A DNA stretch of 64,000 bases, taken from the IMG/VR virus record IMGVR_UViG_3300002056_000074; one strand, 5' to 3'. The position numbers and the translations under genes were made by a program. Below, piece by piece: positions 19,810 through 29,775 of this stretch. The stretch is from a virus. The stretch's first letter is position 1; each line of letters opens with the position of its first letter. The notes beneath the pieces are model-generated. The model did not search any database and was not told the origin of the DNA. It saw only the letters and a list, made by a program, of their open reading frames with translations.

Positions 19810-21264
19810 TTACGCAAAATCAAGTGCAGTTACATTCACCTTACCATAATAATCGGCAGAGTTACCTAGTGAGGTTGCAGTACTAGTAAACACAGCCTTC
19901 GCATATCGTGTCATTACACTCATTACAGGCTGATGAGTCACAGAGTTGTAGACAGTACCACTTGACATCAATGGGATGTATGGGCAGTAGAAGTATCCAG
20001 CATCAGTCTCATTGTTTCCACCCTTATAACCGACAAGGATAGAATCGTTACCAGTTCCATCAACACCGTTATTTTGGATACCAGTTGCAGAAACTTGATT
20101 CCAAAGATAGCTGTAGACTTTAATCGTACCGTTAAGTGTACCAACTAACTGAGTATTGTTTGGTCCTTTAAAAGCACCAGCAACAGCAGGAGCAAATACT
20201 GACTTAGCAGCAGATTGTAATACAGATACAATCATTGGTGAGACAACGATAAAGTTAGCAGCACCACGTCGAGTCTTACGAGCGATTTCATTAGCAACGA
20301 AGTTGATGATAACACCAAGGTTAGCATAACGATCACCAACAAAGGCTGGGCGATAGTTACCAGTACCTGCTGAACCACCATAAGTACTAGTTCCTGCACC
20401 ATCATAAGTAGCAACAGTTCCAGCAAGACTTAGAAGATCACTGATGATCTCTTGGTCAATTTCCTGAACGATATCAGCAGATAGAGCCTTAGTCATTTCA
20501 TCTTCGATGTCAAGACCGTGCTGAGAGTTAGCATCCTGCATAGCCTCTAATGTCCAACCAGCCTGTAGCTTACGGGTCTGAGCTTCTACAACCTGTGATA
20601 GAACACGAAGACTTGCTTTACGACCACCAGTTCCCTCTAGAAAAGAACCAGAACCACCGCGCATGTTACCGAAGTGACCTGCGTGACCGGGGATTAGGGT
20701 TTCTGGGGTGTAATCATATCCAAAAGCATTTGGTGTAGTACCAGCATTAAATTCAGAGCCAGCAGCAGCAGCATCAGTTGGTTGAATTGCAGATCCATCC
20801 GTGCCAGCCTGACCTTCAGATCCCAGACCAAATGAACCAGCGGGAGCATCAACACGACCACCAGCATTAGAATAAAATGCACGTACTGGTGAGATGTTAC
20901 CAAACATTTCATCACCAGCAGCAATATCATCATCTAGACCGAATGCATTACCACCGGGATTAGTTACAGCTTCTTCGTATTGGTGACGAAGAGTAAAAAC
21001 CTGTGCGGCTGGACCAGACATAGCCTGAACACCAACAAGCTCAGTAGCAATGGTTCCGGGAATAACACGACGGATCATTGGGATTAGAGTTTTGCGTAGG
21101 TTTGCGATATTGTGTGCTTCAGTAGAACCGTCAGAAGCACTCTCTCCGATGAGATATTGCTTTTGGTTTTCCATTAGCGTGTTTACAATCTTAGTATTTG
21201 ATTGTGATAGACCGTCCAAAAGCGCACCTTTGGCTTGGTCCCAATTTTCAAGTAGTTCTTTCAT
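19810..21264 (-). CDS. Major capsid protein (gp23-like)
   Basis: IPMIRRVIPGTIATELVGVQAMSGP, VEAQTRKLQAGWTLEAMQD, EIDQEII, TRRGAANFIVVSP, YFYCPYIPL, MTRYA. Confidence 0.97.
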   Translation of the reverse strand: MKELLENWDQAKGALLDGLSQSNTKIVNTLMENQKQYLIGESASDGSTEAHNIANLRKTLIPMIRRVIPGTIATELVGVQAMSGPAAQVFTLRHQYEEAVTNPGGNAFGLDDDIAAGDEMFGNISPVRAFYSNAGGRVDAPAGSFGLGSEGQAGTDGSAIQPTDAAAAGSEFNAGTTPNAFGYDYTPETLIPGHAGHFGNMRGGSGSFLEGTGGRKASLRVLSQVVEAQTRKLQAGWTLEAMQDANSQHGLDIEDEMTKALSADIVQEIDQEIISDLLSLAGTVATYDGAGTSTYGGSAGTGNYRPAFVGDRYANLGVIINFVANEIARKTRRGAANFIVVSPMIVSVLQSAAKSVFAPAVAGAFKGPNNTQLVGTLNGTIKVYSYLWNQVSATGIQNNGVDGTGNDSILVGYKGGNNETDAGYFYCPYIPLMSSGTVYNSVTHQPVMSVMTRYAKAVFTSTATSLGNSADYYGKVNVTALDFA

Positions 21265-21312
21265 TAGAATTTCTCCAAGTTAAGTTAAGTTTAAAAAGTT
21301 AAAGTAGATCGC

Positions 21313-22260
21313 TTACTGCATTCCAGCTTGACGTAGCATCTTCTGTAGCTCTGCGTCAAACGCTTCAGTTAGTTCACCATCTGTTTGATCATCAATAACA
21401 TCCGATGGACGGTCGCCATTGATAAGATTCACACTTTCCAGTGTGATAGTTTCGTTAACTTCTTCAGCGCCTTCGGAAAGTACCGTGTCATCTTCCTTCT
21501 CCGATGTGTCGTCATTAGCATCACGAATTACTCTTGGTAGGAACTTTTTATAGCCCTCAACCAATCGTCCTGTTGGTACATTTTCTAGTACCGCTTCCAT
21601 TACTTCTCGCTGTTGACCCTCTAGTGGTGCGAGAACTTCATCAAGTTTTAGAATTCGCTCTAGTTCTGCATATCGAGTCTCAGCATCTTCAAGTGCTTCC
21701 TGACCTTCAGCAAGACGAGTTTCTAATTCAGCATAAGAAGCTTTGGCTTCGTCGCTATCATGATATTCATTTTGATATTCATCTTTAACTGCTTCGAAAA
21801 TCCTACGCCCAAGATCATTTTCACGAGCCTGTTTGATGTCTTCGCGTAGTTCATCCATCTCTTCAGTTAATTTAATTTCGAAAAACTTGTCCATCTTGTC
21901 AACAAGTACATTCATATCTTCTTGAAGTTCAACAGCCATTGCTGCTTTCGCTTCTACGAGTTTCTGTGCATAGGCTGCTTCTTGATCTTCATATGCTTCA
22001 ATACTTTCGCGAAGCTCAGAAAATTCCTCAGAAGCCATATCATTGATTTTTGCATCTAGTGCTTCGACCAAACGCTCTTTATCTTTAATGAAGGATTCTG
22101 TTAGTTCTGCTCGAACATCAGCTTCAGCAGCCTCACGAGCTTCTTCAGCTGCAGATGCTAATTCGCTGTTGAATGTTTCTGCAAGCGTATCACGAGTTTC
22201 TTGGGTTAATACTTCTGCTTCAAAAAGGCTTTGAAGCAACTCATTCATTGCTTCATTCAT
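21313..22260 (-). CDS. Prohead scaffold (gp22-like)
   Basis: Acidic coiled coil, ARENDLGRRIFEA, YKKFLPRV; lies between protease and capsid; TAAATA at 22320-22325; start estimated. Confidence 0.85.
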   Translation of the reverse strand: MNEAMNELLQSLFEAEVLTQETRDTLAETFNSELASAAEEAREAAEADVRAELTESFIKDKERLVEALDAKINDMASEEFSELRESIEAYEDQEAAYAQKLVEAKAAMAVELQEDMNVLVDKMDKFFEIKLTEEMDELREDIKQARENDLGRRIFEAVKDEYQNEYHDSDEAKASYAELETRLAEGQEALEDAETRYAELERILKLDEVLAPLEGQQREVMEAVLENVPTGRLVEGYKKFLPRVIRDANDDTSEKEDDTVLSEGAEEVNETITLESVNLINGDRPSDVIDDQTDGELTEAFDAELQKMLRQAGMQ

Positions 22261-22417
22261 TGTGTTATTGACTTCCATTATAGTAGGCTCCGGAAAATAA
22301 TGTGTTTTTTGGTTATAATTATTTAACACTTTTTAATTTTTTTATTAAAAAAATTATTTTTTATAACGGAAACCTTTATAAATCAACAACTTACAAAAAT
22401 AAAAAATTTGACTTTTT

Positions 22418-22753
22418 TTATATTTTTTCTTTTTTTCTTAACCAATACAAGGTGTTAGAGCATTTTTTTGAACAACATTCGTTATGTTTGTTCTTAATTC
22501 GATGCCAATTAACACGTTCGTTACATTCAGGCATTGCACATTCAGGAGACAGGTGTGTTTTATGATATAGATGCCAAAAACGTTGCTTAACAAATGCACC
22601 CGGAGATAAAAAATCAGTTCTTACAAGCAATTCTAAGTAATATTGGTAATGTGCATTATTGAATCCATTGATGCTAAAATTATTTTCAATAACATCAATG
22701 GCTAGCGTATCTAAAACAGTTTCTGGGTGTGAATGATCATATTCACCTTCCAT
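22418..22753 (-). CDS. Small Zn-binding protein inserted between protease and scaffold
   Basis: KQRFWHLY..PECAMPEC...CCSKKCS; similar to 8946..9311. Confidence 0.55.
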   Translation of the reverse strand: MEGEYDHSHPETVLDTLAIDVIENNFSINGFNNAHYQYYLELLVRTDFLSPGAFVKQRFWHLYHKTHLSPECAMPECNERVNWHRIKNKHNECCSKKCSNTLYWLRKKEKI

Positions 22754-22758
22754 AAAAG

Positions 22759-23382
22759 TTACCGATTAAAGGATTGTTTAATCCATCGCTCAAATTCTTT
22801 AGCAAAATATTTCTGAGCATTTGGATCTTTTTGCATAGCCTCAGATAATGTCTCAACTTTGCGACCAAGGTTATTATCAAGAGATTCGTAAATCGAGTGT
22901 GGTGTTGCTCCCTGAGCTGATGGTTGTGCCACGATATCGATAGTAACAACATTAAATGATGCAACCACACCTTCATTGACACTACCTGTTCCACGACTGG
23001 ATACACCAAGTTGTACACCTGACTTAATGAGTGATCGGGCAATGTTTCCCATTGGAGTGTCTAAGATAATTGCTCTACCAATTGCATTATTCCCTTCCAT
23101 TCGCATTTCCTTAATGACATGTGAAACACGATCTAAATTAAGAGAAATTGTAGATGGATGATCTAACTCACCCATGACACCATTAGTTTCAGAAATTTGT
23201 TTGTTTAAAGAATCAACAGCGGCTGATACTTCATGAATAGGATATACTCGCTTATTCCTATTTTGAACTTCAGCTTGCATAAACACACCATTTAACCACA
23301 ACTCTTTACCATCACTGGATGATTCAGTAATGATATTGGCTACGGATGGTTGTAATTCTTCAAAAAGTATTTCTTTTGACAT
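22759..23382 (-). CDS. Prohead protease (gp21-like)
   Basis: GVFMQAEVQNRNKRVYP, GELDHP, NLDRVSH, TPMGNI, LGVSSRGTGSV, DIVAQPSA. Confidence 0.95.
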   Translation of the reverse strand: MSKEILFEELQPSVANIITESSSDGKELWLNGVFMQAEVQNRNKRVYPIHEVSAAVDSLNKQISETNGVMGELDHPSTISLNLDRVSHVIKEMRMEGNNAIGRAIILDTPMGNIARSLIKSGVQLGVSSRGTGSVNEGVVASFNVVTIDIVAQPSAQGATPHSIYESLDNNLGRKVETLSEAMQKDPNAQKYFAKEFERWIKQSFNR

Positions 23383-23460
23383 GATGATTTACCTATTGTA
23401 ATAGGTTTTATTTATCACAATTAGGAATATTCAATAAGATTATTTGTTTCCAAAATAAGA

Positions 23461-23482
23461 AGGGAGCAAAAATGCTCCCCAC
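23461..23482 (-). terminator. Putative terminator hairpin
   Basis: GGGAGCA aaaa TGCTCCC followed by TTCTTATTTT on the minus strand. Confidence 0.55.
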
Positions 23483-23529
23483 TTTCACCACAACCAATGG
23501 TGCAAACTCATATTTAAGTGTTATATAAC

Positions 23530-23778
23530 TTATGAATTATCAGTGTCTAAATCTGGATCATCTAAATCCGAATCTGGATCTAAATCTGGATCTGAATCTG
23601 AATCTAAATCATCTACATCAAGATCATCAGTATTAGTCTCAATACCCATCATATCCCTAACCCTAGAGGTTAAGACTTTATGAAAATCCATCTCAATTTG
23701 CTCTTCATTTCCATCTACAAAAGAATCAATCATAGATCGAATATTTTCCTTACGTTCAGTTTCCGTATCATTTGGCAT
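23530..23778 (-). CDS. Small acidic prohead core-like protein (gp67/68 position)
   Basis: Between portal and protease; D/P/L/S low-complexity tail; TATAAATA at 23819-23826. Confidence 0.6.
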   Translation of the reverse strand: MPNDTETERKENIRSMIDSFVDGNEEQIEMDFHKVLTSRVRDMMGIETNTDDLDVDDLDSDSDPDLDPDSDLDDPDLDTDNS

Positions 23779-23848
23779 ATTATTGGCTCTCCAATCATTT
23801 TATACAATAAGTTATTACTATTTATAGTAAAAATAATAGAGCGAATGT

Positions 23849-25495
23849 TTAAGTGGTGTCACCCTCAGCAGCATCAGCCGTAGTATCTGTATCGGTATCA
23901 GCATCTGCAGTAGTATCATCGGTAGCTGCTAAATCTGGGGTATCACTAGTTGTATCAAATGATGATCCTCCCATTCCCCCATCTAAACCATCCATACTTT
24001 CCTCATCACCATAAATTTTAGCTAGGATAGCTGGAGAATTGTCATCCATTGGAAGTCCCCTTTCCTCTCTGAGCATTCGCTCATTCATAACAATGTCCTC
24101 ATCACTCAACTGTAGATAGCGAGATAATGAAAACCGTTTTGACAAATATCCAATACTATCTGCTGTTCCATATGTACCCAGTAACTGACCATCCATTTCT
24201 TGCTGTCTATACATACCAAAATTTGAAGGTGCAGGAAGTCGCAATCGATATAACATAGGATCAATATTAATTTTGGCCATGCGTAAGAATTTTTTAAACT
24301 CTTGATCTAAGACGTTTTCAATATTTTTCTGAAGTCTTCCGATAAATTGAGCAAAACGAAGTTCTTCTATGTAAGCAACACCGATCTTTCCATCCGAAAA
24401 TGATGTCCCACCACTTTCCTGTCCCATCATATAAGAGCGTGGGATATTTAATCCTTCCCATACCTTATCTCTAAAATATTCCAAATCATTAGTTTCACCA
24501 GTGGCAGCGCCACCGGGCAATGTTTCTATCCTAGAGCCCCTTCCATCTGGTTTGATTGCTAAGAAGAAATCTTCATTCATACTCTGTGGGTTATAAACAC
24601 TATCTACTTTCTGTTGACCACCACCAAACGAAGGAATTTTTTTCTGTTTAATTTCATTCTTGTATTGTTCCAAATGAGCCTTTGCTCGCATTGGTGGTAA
24701 TTTTCCAGTATCAATATAGAATACGCGGCGTTCTGGTGCCCTTTGTACTCGATAAATGATAATGGCATCTTCTAATAACTCTTTTTGTTTGTGTGCTTTA
24801 TAAACGGACTGAAGGACAGATTCCCCAAATGGAGCCGCATCAGACATTTCATCATTTAATGTAAATTGCACAATTTCACTAGCTGGAACCAACTCTGTTG
24901 TAAATTCTGTACCACCAACAGGTTTTAGAAGGGAGCTAGATGCACCCACCTTTTTGATATTAGTTCTAACCTGCCAAAATAAAATTCTAGTTGCATCAGT
25001 CTGATCAACTACAGCACTAACCACATTTTTGGGGTTAAGGTATTCCATCTTTCGATCAAATTTCTTTGGATCTTTGCGAAAGAATACATCACCATATTTG
25101 ATAGTATTACGACATACGGCAAACAACTTTGATTCCCAATCATGGATCATATTCCATCGTGATAATGCAGCCTTTAATGTAATAACTTCTGTACTATCAT
25201 ATTTTGTTTTATCGGTTGTCAATAACTCAATATTAATAGGCTCATGGTTCTTTGGATCGTTTCCGGTCATTTCTTCCGCAATAGTATTTAATGCTCTAGA
25301 AACTTCAACATCCTGATCCATTGAAGTAAATTGTAAATATTGTTGTTGTCTTGCGGGAGCACCCTTGACAATGTTTTGATACCAAGAACTATTCGAATAC
25401 AAGGCGGATGACGTAAATTCCTGATTAGAATCTACTTCAGCTGCAGCTGGTTGTGGTTGAATGATTTTATAATAAGTCTTGAAACCTGCCATCAT
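23849..25495 (-). CDS. Portal protein (gp20-like)
   Basis: KQKELLEDAIIIYRVQRAPERRVFYIDTG, YNPQSMNEDFF, GRGSRIETLPGG, AYIEELRF. Confidence 0.97.
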   Translation of the reverse strand: MMAGFKTYYKIIQPQPAAAEVDSNQEFTSSALYSNSSWYQNIVKGAPARQQQYLQFTSMDQDVEVSRALNTIAEEMTGNDPKNHEPINIELLTTDKTKYDSTEVITLKAALSRWNMIHDWESKLFAVCRNTIKYGDVFFRKDPKKFDRKMEYLNPKNVVSAVVDQTDATRILFWQVRTNIKKVGASSSLLKPVGGTEFTTELVPASEIVQFTLNDEMSDAAPFGESVLQSVYKAHKQKELLEDAIIIYRVQRAPERRVFYIDTGKLPPMRAKAHLEQYKNEIKQKKIPSFGGGQQKVDSVYNPQSMNEDFFLAIKPDGRGSRIETLPGGAATGETNDLEYFRDKVWEGLNIPRSYMMGQESGGTSFSDGKIGVAYIEELRFAQFIGRLQKNIENVLDQEFKKFLRMAKINIDPMLYRLRLPAPSNFGMYRQQEMDGQLLGTYGTADSIGYLSKRFSLSRYLQLSDEDIVMNERMLREERGLPMDDNSPAILAKIYGDEESMDGLDGGMGGSSFDTTSDTPDLAATDDTTADADTDTDTTADAAEGDTT

Positions 25496-25562
25496 GCCTT
25501 CTCGATTGATGCTATTATGCTAAGACTATTTATCATGATTCCCGCGTTTAGTTTTGATAACA

Positions 25563-28112
25563 TTAAAATCTATTGATTACACCACTGGAACTAACAGCAC
25601 TCACAACATCCTCTTGTTTCTCAATTTGTAACTCATTTTGCTCAACAATTAATTCATTGTGATTTATAGCGGCCTGATTTCCTGTCACGATTGCTTGTTT
25701 TAAACTTTCAAGAACAGCTATTTGATCTTTAGATGCTTGTAACTGAGCCTGCAATGTTTTAATTTCAGTATTTCGTATTTTAACATCACCTCTACCCATT
25801 GGACCCCTACTCATTCGTTCATCCAGTGCCTTGGTTATTTGTGCAGTTTTTGCAGTGGCAGTATCAAGTGATGCTACAATAGTACTGAGATCTCTTTCTG
25901 GTAGTGCAGATATTATATTTTCTCTAATTTCGGTTCCATTGCGAACCGGCCCGGTTGTATCCCCTCCAAAAACTCCACTAGCTGAATACTTAAGTGCATC
26001 TATACCTTGACTAATTCCACTAGTAAAATTACCGACTACTTCAGCAGCTTTTGGGAATTTTTCTGAAAATTTGTCTTTAATCGATTTCCCCCAATCACCA
26101 ATCATTCCAACAAACGATGGGCCAATTTTACCAAATTCCTGTGTTACATCATGAAATCCTGTTGCAGCATTATTCATAGCAGTATGCATTTTTTCGGTAT
26201 CACCCGTTAATGCGAAAAATCCAGCCTTTGCCGTTTCAATAGTGCCAGATATCGTACCTCCGATTACATTGGATACATTTTTCTTCCATTGATCTGGTGC
26301 AAGATGGTCAAATGCCTTATTTGCCAAAGTTCCTAACCCATAACTAATAGCACCTACAGTAGCTGCCATACCTAATGTAGTGGCACCTCCTAGCGCTGCT
26401 GCTGATTTCCCCGCTACTGCTGCCTTCCCACCTAATGCAACTATTCCACCAGTAGCCGATTTAAGTACTGGACCTAATTTACTTAATGCATTTTTCAATT
26501 TACCAAATATTCCACCCTTCCTTGATTTGGAATTATCTTGATTGGAACCATTAATGTCTACACCACCACCTATATTATTAATAGCTTTTAAGAACTTTCC
26601 TGCTAAGAAGAATGTGGCCATTGCTTTTAAGGGTTCATATAATTTACCCAAAACATCAGTAAGGCTCCCAAGTGCACCTAATATATGATCTATAATTCCG
26701 CCCGGAGGTGGTGCCTCTCCTTCGTTGCCAGATGCTAATTCTTGTTGACCGCCGACAGATTGTGCTCCCAATACTTTGGTATATTCATTTAAGTGATCTT
26801 GAACCATTTCAAGGCCAATACTTCCTTGTCCATTTGCAGCAGCAGCAGCATTTAACTCTTCTGCTAAAGCGGCAAATCTAGTGTTATCTTCAGCAGTAGC
26901 ACGACTTCCCAATCGCATAATATCTGCCATCTCTTTAGCTTGTGCACTCATTCCCATAGCACCACCCACTGCTTCTAGTTTGGCGGCTTCCGTCAATCGA
27001 TTTTTAGCAGTATCACCTTGCATAGATGCCATAGCTTCTATAGCATTTTGTGCAGCTTCATATGTCATACCTTGTTGAATCAACTCCTGTCTACGATTTG
27101 CAGCATCTAATACATAACCAGCTCGCTTAGATTTATCCATCTTGAATAATGTATTCTGAATACCTTCATTGGATAACATTTGTTTATTGAGTGCCATAAA
27201 TTGCTCAGCTGATGCGCCTGTAGATCTAGTAAATCTTTCAGACGCCTTCGCCATTTCATTAGAATATGTTTTGATACCACCAACATAATCACCACCAGAT
27301 CTTCTAAGAAGAACGAGTGAATCGGCATACAACTTGGAACCATCCGCAAGACTACCAGTGAAGTGGCGTGTTGCCCATGCACTTTTTATCATGGACAGTG
27401 AAAAATCAGTACTGCTCATGCCTGCTGCTCGCATTGATTGTCGTGCTTCCGCTTGTGTTTCAATCAATTCTGCTGTTGACATACCCAATGCTTTTGAAAA
27501 TGCCATCTGCAATAAGTTTGCATCTGCACCCGTTTTAGTTGTTGCATTAATAGTTGAAATTAGATCTTTCCCAACAATAGCCAACGCAGAATATATTTTT
27601 ATATGTCGTTCATAATGTTCAGAGGTACGCTCTACAATATCATTATATTCAAAAAGAGATCCAACCGCTTCATCAACGGCAGAGCGCAATTCTTTAAAAT
27701 TAGTACTCAAAGTGACCGATTCAAATCCTAGTTGCTTGACTTGAGCATTTAAATCTATCAATTCTTGGCGATGTGCAATTGTTCGTTTAGACGTATCCTT
27801 TTGTAATTCATCACGTATTTTAAAATATCTATTTTGCAATTCTTGGAATTTTTTCAAATTTTTCCTTGATGCTTTAGCTGCAAATTCTTCTGCATCACTG
27901 GCGGTTTTTACATTTTTGATCAATTCATTTACAAGATCACCAGATTTGCCAATAGATTTTTTCGTTTTTTCTACATCAGGATCATTTTTAGAGGATTTCG
28001 CACCACTCCCGCGTGCAGTATTATTATCATCACCCCTAAATGTTGATGATAATTTATCTACTGCGCGTGACAATTTTCGCAATTCTGTTAATAATTCAGC
28101 ACTATTATCCAT
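25563..28112 (-). CDS. Tape-measure-like / baseplate hub helical protein
   Basis: Long Ala/Gly-rich helical protein with hydrophobic segments; TAAATA at 28154-28159. Confidence 0.55.
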   Translation of the reverse strand: MDNSAELLTELRKLSRAVDKLSSTFRGDDNNTARGSGAKSSKNDPDVEKTKKSIGKSGDLVNELIKNVKTASDAEEFAAKASRKNLKKFQELQNRYFKIRDELQKDTSKRTIAHRQELIDLNAQVKQLGFESVTLSTNFKELRSAVDEAVGSLFEYNDIVERTSEHYERHIKIYSALAIVGKDLISTINATTKTGADANLLQMAFSKALGMSTAELIETQAEARQSMRAAGMSSTDFSLSMIKSAWATRHFTGSLADGSKLYADSLVLLRRSGGDYVGGIKTYSNEMAKASERFTRSTGASAEQFMALNKQMLSNEGIQNTLFKMDKSKRAGYVLDAANRRQELIQQGMTYEAAQNAIEAMASMQGDTAKNRLTEAAKLEAVGGAMGMSAQAKEMADIMRLGSRATAEDNTRFAALAEELNAAAAANGQGSIGLEMVQDHLNEYTKVLGAQSVGGQQELASGNEGEAPPPGGIIDHILGALGSLTDVLGKLYEPLKAMATFFLAGKFLKAINNIGGGVDINGSNQDNSKSRKGGIFGKLKNALSKLGPVLKSATGGIVALGGKAAVAGKSAAALGGATTLGMAATVGAISYGLGTLANKAFDHLAPDQWKKNVSNVIGGTISGTIETAKAGFFALTGDTEKMHTAMNNAATGFHDVTQEFGKIGPSFVGMIGDWGKSIKDKFSEKFPKAAEVVGNFTSGISQGIDALKYSASGVFGGDTTGPVRNGTEIRENIISALPERDLSTIVASLDTATAKTAQITKALDERMSRGPMGRGDVKIRNTEIKTLQAQLQASKDQIAVLESLKQAIVTGNQAAINHNELIVEQNELQIEKQEDVVSAVSSSGVINRF

Positions 28113-28172
28113 TAAAACTCACTTTTTTATTAATACTAAATAAATTTCATAACTATTTAGGATTTTTACAAA

Positions 28173-29144
28173 ATGACAGAATCTACTACTGAAGATAAGA
28201 TGGATCAAAATCAACCACCAACACAAAATAATCAAAATTCAATCGAGAATTTAGCTGAATTAAATTCAGAGATTAAAACTCCTATGGCACCAGAAAATGC
28301 TGTTACCATAAATCCACTATTGGAGCGAGTTAAAATGCCGGGAGAGACTCATCGGCTACCATCAAGAGGATTATTTTATACTAATGGTGAATTAAGTAGT
28401 GATGTAATTGATGGAGAAATTCATATCCATCCTATGGTTGCACAAGATGAAATTACATTATCATCTGCAGATAAACTATATTCTGGTGTTGCGATAGTAA
28501 ATGTAATTTCTAGGTGCATACCTCAAATACTAAAACCCGAATTATTACTATCCCAAGATGTAGATTTTATTCTTTTATGTCTAAGAAAGATATCTTATGG
28601 GGCTATTTTAAGCTTTACCAAACAACATATTGGTTGTCCTACCATTAAAAAGATAAATGATGAACGTGAAGAGGATATGGATGAAGTTCTAACTCCGACA
28701 CATACATATGATGTTAATGTTTCTAATCTCATTGCAGCGACTAAGGAGATTGATCCTACGACATTAAATGTAAAATTTCGCTACGAATTGGATAACGGGC
28801 AGATTGTTAAAATGAATCCATTAGTATTTCGGGATCAAGTTAAAATGATGCAATATACAACGACGGATGAAGAAAATTTTTCCGATATGACAGATGAAGA
28901 AAAGGCTAATAGTTTAATGCAACAATTAGTATTCTTAATTGCATCCGTGGATGGTATCACTGACAAAGATATGATCAAGGAGTGGTTAATCAATATTACA
29001 CCTAAGATGGTGAGAGATTTAACTAATGTAATTACCGATTTATCAGAATGGGGAACAAATACTCAAACTACTATTAAGTGTACGGATTGTGGAGGTGTTA
29101 TGGAGGTGGAAATTCCCACCAACCCTTTAGTACTTTTTTCATGA
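28173..29144 (+). CDS. Baseplate hub assembly protein (gp26-like)
   Basis: NPLL, RLPSRGLFY, PM..QDEI, DVDFILLCLRKISYG, C-terminal CTDC. Confidence 0.75.
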   Translation: MTESTTEDKMDQNQPPTQNNQNSIENLAELNSEIKTPMAPENAVTINPLLERVKMPGETHRLPSRGLFYTNGELSSDVIDGEIHIHPMVAQDEITLSSADKLYSGVAIVNVISRCIPQILKPELLLSQDVDFILLCLRKISYGAILSFTKQHIGCPTIKKINDEREEDMDEVLTPTHTYDVNVSNLIAATKEIDPTTLNVKFRYELDNGQIVKMNPLVFRDQVKMMQYTTTDEENFSDMTDEEKANSLMQQLVFLIASVDGITDKDMIKEWLINITPKMVRDLTNVITDLSEWGTNTQTTIKCTDCGGVMEVEIPTNPLVLFS

Positions 29145-29368
29145 TCTTAAGATCCAAGGATCATGATGCAATAAGAAAACATATAACAACATTGGGTGCA
29201 GAAGCTAGAAAAATTGTATACAACAATACCACCATCGCATATTATATGCGAGGTGGCATTTCTTATAATTCTTGTTTCGATTTAACTCCGGGTGAAAGGG
29301 ATGTAATTTTAGATTTCATAAAAAGGAGGTTAGATTCTCAGAAAGATTCAGCTTTCCCAGTATATTAA
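29141..29368 (+). CDS. Baseplate hub assembly catalyst (gp51-like)
   Basis: YYMRGGISY..LTPGER motif; ATGA overlap with the preceding stop. Confidence 0.65.
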   Translation: MILRSKDHDAIRKHITTLGAEARKIVYNNTTIAYYMRGGISYNSCFDLTPGERDVILDFIKRRLDSQKDSAFPVY

Positions 29369-29748
29369 TTCCAAACAATATCATATCTATCTAGCATATA
29401 TTCGGTAAAAGACTTATTTTCACCGACCGTACATCCATACCAACCTTCCTGTTCACCACCATGATTTCTACAATTAAACCTATAGTAAGTTTTTTTATCA
29501 GCTTCATATTCAGAACTACCAATAAATTCAGTCGTAAAATGTGACTCTAGTGAATTTCTAAGCTCTATATTACTTCGTCCAGTATGTTCGTATAATTTAT
29601 ATCCAACTATAATTGCACCAATTATTATGAATATAATGTACCATTTGAACATACTAAGCGCAGTAGCTATTAATAAATCTCCAGCACGATTAGCAGATAA
29701 CATAATTTTATATATTAATATCTCGAAAGAAGAATCTATTATACCCAC
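29365..29748 (-). CDS. Hypothetical membrane protein
   Basis: Hydrophobic WYIIFIIIGAIIVGY segment. Confidence 0.5.
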   Translation of the reverse strand: MGIIDSSFEILIYKIMLSANRAGDLLIATALSMFKWYIIFIIIGAIIVGYKLYEHTGRSNIELRNSLESHFTTEFIGSSEYEADKKTYYRFNCRNHGGEQEGWYGCTVGENKSFTEYMLDRYDIVWN

Positions 29749-29775
29749 CGAAATTAAAATTAACCGTTAACTACT

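Noticed and set aside
22379-22394. AAATCAACAACTTAC resembling recombinase or dif-like motifs
   Set aside because: Single clear copy, no integrase in the window
23540-23630. TCTAAATCTGGA-type repeats (also 23875-23925)
   Set aside because: Explained by acidic low-complexity protein tails
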